DNA from: an uncultured Gammaproteobacteria bacterium
Lineage (GTDB): Bacteria > Patescibacteriota > Microgenomatia > UBA8517 > JACQJR01
Direction: 5' to 3'
Assembly (NCBI GenBank): GCA_964442455.1
Contig: CAYTZB010000003.1
Location: 19,842-83,841, forward strand
Length of the DNA: 64,000 bases
This document shows positions 49,310 through 57,680 of this stretch, one piece after another. The notes beneath the pieces are model-generated. The model searched no databases. It worked only from the letters and a program-made list of their open reading frames with translations, and was not told the origin of the DNA. Every line of letters begins with the position of its first letter. Position 1 is the first letter of the stretch. The position numbers were made by a program, and so were the translations under genes.

Positions 49310-50407
49310 GTGACTGTAAAAAACTCCTTAAAAACTAACAAGACTCTATCTACGGGAATGGCTGCACTCCTTGCTAAAGAGGAGTATCGACCACGAGTAC
49401 TCCGCAGAGGCGAGACACTCCAAGGAAGCGTACGAGAGGTAACTGCTGGTCGTGTCTTCATTGATATAGGTGCCAAATCAGAAGGAGTAGTAAGTGGAGA
49501 GGAGTATGATGCCGTACGCGAATTTGCGAAGACGTTGCAAGTAGGTGCCTACGTTCCGGTGACAGTCATTACTCCTGAGACCCCGGAAGGTACAGCTCTT
49601 GTATCGTTAAGAGGGGCGGCACGTACCTTTGCTTGGGAGAAAGCAGCTGCCGCGGCGGCGAGTCAGGAACCCCTTCAGGCACGGGTGATACATGTTGCGA
49701 GGGGAGGAATAACAGTAGAACTCTTTGGCATCTCCTGTTTTATCCCGACTGTGGAGCTTGGCAAATATGTGCGCGAAGCAAGTTTTGCCCTTGATGGGAA
49801 AAGCATTGCGGTCCGAGTAATTGAAGTTGATAGAGAGAAAGAACGCATTATACTGTCTGAACGAGCAGTATCGGAAAAAGAGGAAATTTTACGCGTGCAA
49901 GAATTGGTGAAGCGTATACCTGCGGGAGAGCGTCTTGTGGGTGAAGTTACCAAAATTGCTCCTTTTGGCGCCTTTATAGAGATTGTGAAAGACAATGTAC
50001 GTATTGAAGGGCTTGTGCATATCTCTGAGCTTTCTTGGGAGAAAATAGATGACCCGAGTTCGGTCGTTTCAATGGGGGATAAGGTAGAGGTAGTAGTCCT
50101 GGGTGAGCGGGAAGGACGCCTCGCTTTATCACGCAAACGTGCAGGGCGAGATCCTTGGCAGGGAACAGCGCAGCGTTTTCCCTCCGATACTCCTGTGTCT
50201 GGGACGGTAACAAAAATCACGGACAGAAATATCGTCGTTGAAGTTGAGGGAGGATTGGAGGCTATTATTCAAAAACGCACCCTTCCTCCTGGTGCGCAGC
50301 CAAAAGTTGGCGAGCGCATAGAATGTTTTGTAGAGAGGGTTGAAGAAGATAAACGGAGGATGATGCTGTCGGTTCGGCTTACTGCAAAGCCGGTGGGATA
50401 TAAATAA
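49310..50407 (+). CDS. S1 RNA-binding domain protein (short ribosomal protein S1-like, 4 S1 repeats)
   Basis: GTG start. Repeated S1-fold segments (G.V..V...G.FI..G...G..H.SE). 365 aa. Confidence 0.7.
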   Translation: MTVKNSLKTNKTLSTGMAALLAKEEYRPRVLRRGETLQGSVREVTAGRVFIDIGAKSEGVVSGEEYDAVREFAKTLQVGAYVPVTVITPETPEGTALVSLRGAARTFAWEKAAAAAASQEPLQARVIHVARGGITVELFGISCFIPTVELGKYVREASFALDGKSIAVRVIEVDREKERIILSERAVSEKEEILRVQELVKRIPAGERLVGEVTKIAPFGAFIEIVKDNVRIEGLVHISELSWEKIDDPSSVVSMGDKVEVVVLGEREGRLALSRKRAGRDPWQGTAQRFPSDTPVSGTVTKITDRNIVVEVEGGLEAIIQKRTLPPGAQPKVGERIECFVERVEEDKRRMMLSVRLTAKPVGYK

Positions 50408-50500
50408 AAAATTTTCCATTTTCCAATTTCCATTTGCCAATGATTTTCAATTTATAATTTGAAAATTGACAAATCAATAAATAAATGGACAATGGTAGAT
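50402..50500. repeat. AT-rich TTCCAATTT/GGACAATGG repeat element overlapping the radA 5' end
   Basis: TTTTCCATTTTCCAATTTCCATTTGCCAATG ... ATGGACAATGGTAGATGGACAATGGCAAAT. The annotated radA N-terminus MDNGRWTMAN is encoded by this repeat. Confidence 0.5.
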
Positions 50501-51867
50501 GGACAATGGCAAATCGTACTTCCAACTTTGTTTGTCAGCAATGTGGTTATAGTCAGGTAGGGTGGGCTGGCCGTTGTCCGAACTGCGGCTCATGGGGAAG
50601 TTTGGTTGAAACAATTGAGGCAATCAATAAACGAAAAGTTAAAAGCGAAAAACATAAAGAATTAGAAGTTATCGAGCTTACTAAAGTTAAAGGAGAAGGG
50701 TTAAGGAGAATTTCTTCAGGAATTCACGAAGTTGATAGAGTATTGGGTGGTGGTATTGTCCCTGGGCAAGTAGTTCTTCTCGCGGGTGAGCCAGGAATTG
50801 GGAAGTCAACGCTTCTTTCCCAGATTGCAGAAAAAATATACTCACCGAGCCAGAGGCTCTCTAGAGCCGGAGGCGCGAATTCAAAGAAAAAGAATATTCT
50901 TTACGTTTCTGGAGAAGAGTCAGCAAGCCAAATAAAACTTCGGATAGAGAGACTTGGACTTTCCGGCAAAGATGTATTTGTTATCGGAGAGACAGATGTA
51001 GACGAAATACTAGAAGTGATTAGTAATCAGTTGTTAGTGACTAGTGCCCTAGTAATTGTTGATTCCATCCAAACTCTTTCAACTACTGATCTTTCGGGTA
51101 TGGCAGGGAGTGTCGGTCAGGTAAGAGAATGTGCCGCTCGGCTCATTGCGATGGGTAAACAAAACTCAGTGCCTGTATTTCTTGTGGGCCATGTTACCAA
51201 AGAGGGGACTATTGCTGGCCCGCGAGTACTTGAGCATATGGTTGATACGGTGCTGTGGTTTGAGGGAGACCGCGCTCATGTATTACGGTTGCTGCGGGCA
51301 GTCAAAAATCGTTTTGGTCCAACAGACGAGGTGGGTATTTTTACTATGGAGGAACGGGGACTCCATCCTGTTGAAAATCCTTCCTCTCTCTTTATCTCTG
51401 GACTCACAAATGTTCCCGGACAGGTTTCTACCGTTATTGTTGAAGGGACAAGGCCCCTTATCGTTGAGATACAAGCACTCGTGGTACCCACAAAGATGCC
51501 CTTTCCCCGTCGAACCGTGCAAGGGTTGGATGCTCGACGTGTGGAGTTTCTTTTAGCTGTTGCCACTCGACGGGCGGGGATACAGTTTGATAGTTTTGAC
51601 GTGTTTGTGAATGTTCCTGGTGGGATATCTATTCGAGAGCCGGCGGCAGATTTGGCTATACTTCTTGCATTGACCAGCGCCGCCCTTAATAAACCACTTC
51701 CTCCTCATGCCGCGATATTCGGAGAAGTGGGACTGCTGGGAGAAGTAAGACCCGTATCGCAGGAAAGACGACGCATCAAGGAGGCAAGACGACTTGGGTT
51801 TAAAACTCTTGTGACGAGTAGCGTTGTCCGCACGGTTGGAGAGGCGATAAAGAGGTTTGTAAAATAG
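50485..51867 (+). CDS. radA: DNA repair protein RadA/Sms
   Basis: Zinc finger CQQCGY...CPNCGSWGS. Walker A GEPGIGKST. KNRFG motif. C-terminal Lon-like domain. The true start may be the internal ATG at 50506 (MANRTSNFVC...). Confidence 0.85.
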   Translation: MDNGRWTMANRTSNFVCQQCGYSQVGWAGRCPNCGSWGSLVETIEAINKRKVKSEKHKELEVIELTKVKGEGLRRISSGIHEVDRVLGGGIVPGQVVLLAGEPGIGKSTLLSQIAEKIYSPSQRLSRAGGANSKKKNILYVSGEESASQIKLRIERLGLSGKDVFVIGETDVDEILEVISNQLLVTSALVIVDSIQTLSTTDLSGMAGSVGQVRECAARLIAMGKQNSVPVFLVGHVTKEGTIAGPRVLEHMVDTVLWFEGDRAHVLRLLRAVKNRFGPTDEVGIFTMEERGLHPVENPSSLFISGLTNVPGQVSTVIVEGTRPLIVEIQALVVPTKMPFPRRTVQGLDARRVEFLLAVATRRAGIQFDSFDVFVNVPGGISIREPAADLAILLALTSAALNKPLPPHAAIFGEVGLLGEVRPVSQERRRIKEARRLGFKTLVTSSVVRTVGEAIKRFVK

Positions 51868-52609
51868 CTAAATGGTTGATTGTTAATTGTTAACTAAACT
51901 ATGTAGCCATTTAACCATTTGACTATTTCTTTCCCCACAACTTATCCACATTCTCTTAATTATCCAAACTTATTACGAAAAACAAGCTTAAATTTCAACC
52001 CTAAATTATTATAAGATATTACGTTTTCGGTCTGTGAATTATTATAGGCCTTGACAAGATAGAATATAGGTGTTACTGTAGCAAAGGAATGCGAAAAGTA
52101 ATAAAGAAATTCTTGCACACAATAAGAACCTGCTTCACAGAACCTTGGCCTTTCAGGCTAAGAATACGTAAAACTCGTATTAATCAAGGAGCGAAAGAAT
52201 GGCGTGAGCTTGCACGGTTAGGACAGAATTTAATTGTGATGCAGATGGGGAGATGAACGAATTTGCACTTTAAAAAAAGAGCATTGCTGTCGCTGGGTCA
52301 CTCCAAGTACCATACGATACCTGGTGACTTCTCCACGGGCAGTAATGCTCTTTGTGAATGGTTGCTGCTCATGAGACACAACGGTTTAGGCAGACAACCG
52401 ATTTCAGCGTAAGACTTAAAAATAATTTTGTCAAGTCCTTAATCGCTTTTCTTGGGCGGGAGTGTATGTAGGGCAGGCGTACACTCTCGCACAGGGGAAG
52501 CGATTTTTTTGCCTCCGGGCCCTTGAGGGCCTCTGGTCCGGAGGGCCTTCACAGGTCTTCATAGTTTAAAACTTGACAACACAGCTTATAGTTTGTTATA
52601 GTCTGGGCA

Positions 52610-53899
52610 TTGAACATGAGAAATAGAGCGTGGCATTCCGCACTACAGGTAAATTCTCTTCTCAAGGGAGCATTGCTTGGAGCTTTAATTCTTATAATAG
52701 TGTTAGGAGCAAGAGTACTTTTTAGCTCCCCAGGAGCAGATGCTCTTGGTACAGCGGCAATTTGTTTCACTGCTGACCCCGCATTCCCCGATGGGTATGA
52801 ATATATTCCCGGAGCACTGGATGTGTGGGTACTTTATTCCGACTCAAATGGCAATGAAATAGGTCAAATTCCTAATGTCAACGTTCATGCTCAAGCTCTC
52901 CACAACGGCTCCTGTGATAAAGATCTAAGTTGTCAATTCCATCCACGTACAGAAATAGATGGTCCTGGCTGTGGATTTAGTGCAGATGGTATGACAGGGA
53001 CCAATGGCTATACACATCTTGAACCTCTCAATTGCGGACACAATAATTTCGCGCTTTCTGCATCTAATCTTCCGCCCGGAATAAACTATGTAGGATCTAC
53101 CTTTAATGATAGCGGGCTCAATCAAGTTGATATAAGTCAGCTTTCACTTCAGAACGGAAGAGTCGATGTGGTTAAATTGTATTACTTGCCAGCACCACAA
53201 CAGACACCAACACCCACACCTACTCCTACACCTACCCCAACTCCAGTTGTTGGGGGCCCGATATGTCCTTACTCTTCAACTCAGGCGCGCGTGCAAAAAG
53301 ATACGAGTTCGCCGTGGGATATCTTTAAAGCCATAACAAGTGGACAGCAAATAAGACTTGGGGGATTTCATGATGGGACGGGACTTTTGGCAGGGGATGT
53401 TCGTCTTGATGTCAGTGGCCCACTGAACTTTTCAAATGTTGGCAATGGGGCCTTTATTACTCCCACCGCATCAGGTGACTATGCATTGAGGGTAACTACA
53501 CCTGGTAAACCAGGTTCTGCATGTGAGGCCCAGGCATTCTTCCGAGTGCTTGCCGCTCCAACCCCAACACCAACTCCCACACCGAGCCCGAGTCCATCGC
53601 CGACCGCAACCCCAACTCCCACCCCCGCACCGACTGTAACGCCCTCACCCACACCTACTCCTGTGCCTCAACAGCAACAACAGCAGCAACAACAGCAACA
53701 GCAGCAACAACAGCAAATCATTATTACCCAAGTAGGCTTGCCTGCGCAAGCAGGACCGTCGCAACCACCCCAGGTACTTGGGGCTGTTGCACCCTCAGTT
53801 CTCCCCAAGACCGGAGCAGGAGCTGTATTTGCAGCGCCTTTACTTTTGGGCGTGTGGCTGTTGGGGAGAAGACTACGTAAACACTTCAAGCTCACTTAA
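52610..53899 (+). CDS. LPXTG-anchored cell-surface protein with Pro/Thr linkers and a poly-Gln tract
   Basis: N-terminal signal peptide. PTPTPTPTP linkers. Q16 tract from (CAR)16 at about 53669-53716. C-terminal LPKTG, hydrophobic segment and RRLRK tail. Confidence 0.6.
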   Translation: MNMRNRAWHSALQVNSLLKGALLGALILIIVLGARVLFSSPGADALGTAAICFTADPAFPDGYEYIPGALDVWVLYSDSNGNEIGQIPNVNVHAQALHNGSCDKDLSCQFHPRTEIDGPGCGFSADGMTGTNGYTHLEPLNCGHNNFALSASNLPPGINYVGSTFNDSGLNQVDISQLSLQNGRVDVVKLYYLPAPQQTPTPTPTPTPTPTPVVGGPICPYSSTQARVQKDTSSPWDIFKAITSGQQIRLGGFHDGTGLLAGDVRLDVSGPLNFSNVGNGAFITPTASGDYALRVTTPGKPGSACEAQAFFRVLAAPTPTPTPTPSPSPSPTATPTPTPAPTVTPSPTPTPVPQQQQQQQQQQQQQQQQIIITQVGLPAQAGPSQPPQVLGAVAPSVLPKTGAGAVFAAPLLLGVWLLGRRLRKHFKLT

Positions 53900-53913
53900 A
53901 GTTAGGCGGTTCC

Positions 53914-54663
53914 ATGAGACCCTCAGGCATAATCTATGATTTCCGCTCAAAGAGAAACTTTGGACAAACAAGGATTGTGCTAACTTTTCCTCTTCGTTTG
54001 TTCTATCGTACTCTTCATCTACTGGGAACAGGACTTGTTGTGGGAGGAGTAGGGGGATTGGTGTTCTTGTTTGGGCCGATTATGAGGGAAGAGGTTATGT
54101 ATCGCATCCATCTCTTGAGGGGCGCCACACAGGAACAAACATACTTTGGTCAACTGGTTGAACATGCGTCTGCAGAGCAGCAAGAGCGTGAGTTTGTCAT
54201 GACACGCGCACAAGAGCTGGGAGCGCCAAACACATCATTTTCTATTGTAATTCCTAAAATAGGGGCACGCGCTCGGGTTACTGCAAACGTTTCGCCAGCT
54301 GATGAAGCTTCTTATGTCGAGTCGTTGCAGAGGGGAGTAGCTCACGCAGCTGGTACTGTCTTTCCTGGTATGGAGGGGACGACCTTCCTTTTCGCCCATT
54401 CTACCGATACACCTTTCAATATTGCTCGCTACAATGCAGTGTTCTATCTTTTACGTGAGATGGAACCAGGAGATACGATTCTTGTTTTTTTTACTGACCA
54501 GTTCTATGAGTATCGGGTGGTGGAGAAGAGAATTGTTGACCCAGAGGATACGTCGTGGATTACCAACGCAAGGACAACTGCCGAGCAACTCGTATTGCAA
54601 ACATGCTGGCCGCCCGGCACAACGCTCAAGCGGTTACTGGTGATAGCCGAACCCGTAAGGTAG
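53914..54663 (+). CDS. sortase (transpeptidase)
   Basis: N-terminal TM anchor. Catalytic LVLQTC (TLxTC-type). Conserved His in TFLFAHST. Adjacent to the LPXTG substrate gene. Confidence 0.6.
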   Translation: MRPSGIIYDFRSKRNFGQTRIVLTFPLRLFYRTLHLLGTGLVVGGVGGLVFLFGPIMREEVMYRIHLLRGATQEQTYFGQLVEHASAEQQEREFVMTRAQELGAPNTSFSIVIPKIGARARVTANVSPADEASYVESLQRGVAHAAGTVFPGMEGTTFLFAHSTDTPFNIARYNAVFYLLREMEPGDTILVFFTDQFYEYRVVEKRIVDPEDTSWITNARTTAEQLVLQTCWPPGTTLKRLLVIAEPVR

Positions 54664-54862
54664 AGGGTACCACGTGATACTTTCTTTCTGTAACTCCCTA
54701 TTGACAGGAATGTAGTATAGAGTTATAGTAATGTAACCTCCCAAGAAGGCTCTCTTCTTGAAGGATCCCTTTCAAGTTTAAGAACGTAAGTTATGATACG
54801 TGGCTAGGGGCGCGGGTATAACCTCCTAGGCGCGTCGTTTCCACAAAATTTTCTATTACCTT

Positions 54863-56044
54863 ATGACTGTCAAGCAGTACATTCCTACTACACAAGAAAT
54901 ACCTCCTTTTCCTGATGCCCACCTTCCCACCGAGTATGTGGAAGGTGTGCTTGATATTGCAGAGGAAGGGTCAGGGTTGCTTCGTCCTGAATATCATCCA
55001 ACAGACCATGACGTTTATATCTCAGCTTCGCAGATTAGGAGGTTTGCGTTGAGGCCGGGCGATGTCGTTGGAGGACAAGCCCGTGTTCCGAAAGAGAATG
55101 AACGATATTGGGGACTTTTAAAGGTTGAGCGGGTGAATGGCACGCCGGTCGAGGAACTTCGTGATAGATTAAACTTTGACGAGTTGGTACCCATTCATCC
55201 GAATAGGCCGCTTAAACTATCAACGGGGAAAGAGCCGTTAACCACCCGTGTCATTGATTTGATAGCTCCCATTGGATTTGGCCAGAGGGGCTTAATTGTC
55301 TCGCCACCCAAAGCCGGCAAAACGTGGTTATTGAAAGACATTGCAACAGGGATTGCCAAAAACTATCCGGATGTCCATTTAATGGCAGTCTTAATTGGAG
55401 AACGGCCGGAAGAGGTGACCGATATTACGCTTCACATTAAAGAAGTGACAAACGATCGCGGTGAGGTTGCCGCGAGTAATTTTGATGAGCCTCCGGATGC
55501 ACAAGCTGCGGTAGCCGAGCTTGCGCTTGAGCATATTAAACGCTTGGTTGAAGTCGGCCGCGATGTGGTAATACTCCTTGACTCAATTACCCGTCTTGCC
55601 CGTGCTTACAATTTGGCGTTGCCCACTTCAGGTCGAACGTTAACAGGTGGGTTTGATCCGGTGGCGCTCTACCCTGCGAAACGGTTTTTTGGTGCGGCAC
55701 GCAATTTTAAAGACGGCGGAAGTTTGACGATTATTGGAACGACTATAGTTGAGACCGGGTCAAAGATGGATGACTTAATTTATGAGGAATTTAAAGGGAC
55801 GGGGAATATGGAGCTCCACTTAGTGCGCTTTTTGGCGGAGCGGCGTATTTTCCCTGCCGTTGACGTCTCACGCTCTGGCACCCGCCAAGAAGAGCTTTTA
55901 TATGGTGAGGATTTGCCCAAAGTAGTGACGATGCGCCGGATGCTCGAGATGCTCTCGCCTGATGAGAGGACAGAAGTATTCCTGGAGAGACTTAAGAAAA
56001 CGGAAGACAACAAGGAATTCTTGGAAAGCCTATCGAAAGGATAA
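54863..56044 (+). CDS. rho: transcription termination factor Rho
   Basis: OB/CSD-like N-terminus. Walker A GQRGLIVSPPKAGKT. Q- and R-loops. 393 aa with no large N-terminal insertion. Confidence 0.9.
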   Translation: MTVKQYIPTTQEIPPFPDAHLPTEYVEGVLDIAEEGSGLLRPEYHPTDHDVYISASQIRRFALRPGDVVGGQARVPKENERYWGLLKVERVNGTPVEELRDRLNFDELVPIHPNRPLKLSTGKEPLTTRVIDLIAPIGFGQRGLIVSPPKAGKTWLLKDIATGIAKNYPDVHLMAVLIGERPEEVTDITLHIKEVTNDRGEVAASNFDEPPDAQAAVAELALEHIKRLVEVGRDVVILLDSITRLARAYNLALPTSGRTLTGGFDPVALYPAKRFFGAARNFKDGGSLTIIGTTIVETGSKMDDLIYEEFKGTGNMELHLVRFLAERRIFPAVDVSRSGTRQEELLYGEDLPKVVTMRRMLEMLSPDERTEVFLERLKKTEDNKEFLESLSKG

Positions 56045-56045
56045 T

Positions 56046-56165
56046 AAGCTCCTAAAATTTCTAATTTCTAATTATTCTAATTGACCTAAAGAATTTTCAA
56101 GCACCAATTAGACATTTTATCATTGGGATTTTATTAGAAATTAGTAATTAGGTTAATTAGGTGAA
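56046..56165. repeat. AT-rich CTAATTGACC/ATTAGTAATTAG-type repeat element
   Basis: TTTCTAATTTCTAATTATTCTAATTGACCTAA ... AAATTAGTAATTAGGTTAATTAGG. Related copies lie in-frame inside the giant surface-protein gene at about 62215-62300. Confidence 0.5.
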
Positions 56166-56213
56166 TTTGGATGTTTGACTTCTTTCTAATATTTTGCTAC
56201 AACAATAACTAAC

Positions 56214-57287
56214 TTGAAACGACTCCTTTCCGATTTCAATATTTTTTTATATCGGTTTCTTTTCTACCTTCGTCGTCGAGTTCTACGTGGATTTTTTCAG
56301 TTTGAGCGTGGGAAGGGTCTGTTTGTCGGAGCTCTCTATCAGCAGCGAGGGCGTTTGGTGCGGCCATTTCTTCACTCGAGTATGGGTGTAATTACGGCCA
56401 TGAGTTTACTGCTCGCGCCTGTCGTGGCGCAACAGTTACCCCAAGGGAATGAGGATCCCTGGCAAGCAGTCCCTGCGGTTCTTTCTGCCGAAACCGAAAA
56501 TCCGCAGACCGCAACGCTTATATCCGACAAACCTCGTGATCGTATTATTGAATATACTGTTCAGAGTGGCGATACAGTTGGGGTACTCGCCCAGAAGTTT
56601 GGTATTTCAGAAGAGACTATTCTTTGGGCGAATAATTTAAGCGCACGCTCGACTCTCAAGCCCGGACAGACCATACAAATTTTGCCGGTGTCGGGAATTG
56701 CCCATAAAGTAGGACCGGGTGATACGATTTATTCGATTGCAAAGAAATACACTGCCGAACCACAGGCTATTGTTGATTTTCCCTTCAATACCTTTACCAA
56801 TGATGAAACATTCGCGTTGGCAGTAGGGCAGATTATCGTTGTGCCTGATGGAGCGCCGCCAAAGGAAGCACCCGCGCCGCTCGCGCAACGCCGACGTACC
56901 ACACCTGACGCAGGAACAGTCACTGCTTCGGGGACCTTTATTTGGCCGGTTTCTGGAAACTTCTCACAGGGTTTTGCTTGGTATCACAGGGGGATAGACA
57001 TTGCCAACAAGGCAGGGCCTGATGTACTGGCCGCGGATTCGGGTACGGTTGTGTTTGCCGGGTGCGTGGGCGGAGGATACGGATGCCACGTCATTATTGA
57101 CCATGAAAACGGATATAAGACGCTATATGGACATTTTTCTCAAATCTATGTCGCTCAGGGACAGCGAGTTGCGAGAGGGAATGCGATAGGGAAGATGGGC
57201 TCAACCGGCCGCTCAACCGGCACCCACCTTCACTTTGAGATTATCCAGTCTGGAGTCCAGGTAAATCCGTTGAGTATATTAAGATAG
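56214..57287 (+). CDS. LysM-domain M23 family metallopeptidase
   Basis: Two LysM repeats (YTVQSGDTVGVLAQKFGI; HKVGPGDTIYSIAKKY). M23 motifs HRGIDI and GSTGRSTGTHLHFEI. Confidence 0.75.
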   Translation: MKRLLSDFNIFLYRFLFYLRRRVLRGFFQFERGKGLFVGALYQQRGRLVRPFLHSSMGVITAMSLLLAPVVAQQLPQGNEDPWQAVPAVLSAETENPQTATLISDKPRDRIIEYTVQSGDTVGVLAQKFGISEETILWANNLSARSTLKPGQTIQILPVSGIAHKVGPGDTIYSIAKKYTAEPQAIVDFPFNTFTNDETFALAVGQIIVVPDGAPPKEAPAPLAQRRRTTPDAGTVTASGTFIWPVSGNFSQGFAWYHRGIDIANKAGPDVLAADSGTVVFAGCVGGGYGCHVIIDHENGYKTLYGHFSQIYVAQGQRVARGNAIGKMGSTGRSTGTHLHFEIIQSGVQVNPLSILR

Positions 57288-57360
57288 TGGACCCGAGGGG
57301 ATTCGAACCCCTAGTCTCTTCCATGCCATGGAAGCGCGATAGCCATTACGCTACGGGCCC
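57288..57360 (-). tRNA. tRNA-Ala(GGC)
   Basis: Reverse-complement cloverleaf. G3:U70 (GGGCCCG/CGGGTCC). Anticodon stem CTTCC/GGAAG with loop ATGGCAT. T-loop TTCGAAT. Confidence 0.75.
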
Positions 57361-57361
57361 T

Positions 57362-57435
57362 TGGTGGACCTGCCGAGAATCGAACTCGGAACTTACCCAT
57401 GCGAAGGGTACGGTATACCACTTACCTACAGGCCC
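57362..57435 (-). tRNA. tRNA-Ala(CGC), CCA encoded
   Basis: Reverse-complement cloverleaf. G3:U70 (GGGCCTG/CAGGTCC). Anticodon stem TACCC/GGGTA with loop TTCGCAT. T-loop TTCGATT. 3' ACCA. Confidence 0.75.
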
Positions 57436-57584
57436 ATACTGACCCCCTAATTATAGTAAACCAAGCGGGGCTTGACAAGCTCACATAAACTATTTCACAA
57501 TGAGGACGGGCCCTCCGAATCGGAGGGTAAGCTGGGGGAAGCAATGGATTCCACGTTAAAGGTGGTTTCTTCATACTGCCCCAA

Positions 57585-57680
57585 TTAAAATTTTCAATTT
57601 CTAATTTACAATTTGCAATGAATTTTTAATGAAACATTGAGATATTAATTAATTGAATGAAAATTGAAAATTAAAAATTA
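57585..57680. repeat. AT-rich AATTTTCAATTT-type repeat element upstream of the membrane/TPR gene
   Basis: AATTAAAATTTTCAATTTCTAATTTACAATTTGCAATGAATTTTTAATG ... AATGAAAATTGAAAATTAAAAATT. Confidence 0.45.

Noticed and set aside
53668-53895. Minus-strand ORF encoding a poly-Cys run (CCCCCCCCCCCCCCC)
   Set aside because: It is the reverse complement of the (CAR)16 poly-Gln tract of the LPXTG protein gene, an artefact.
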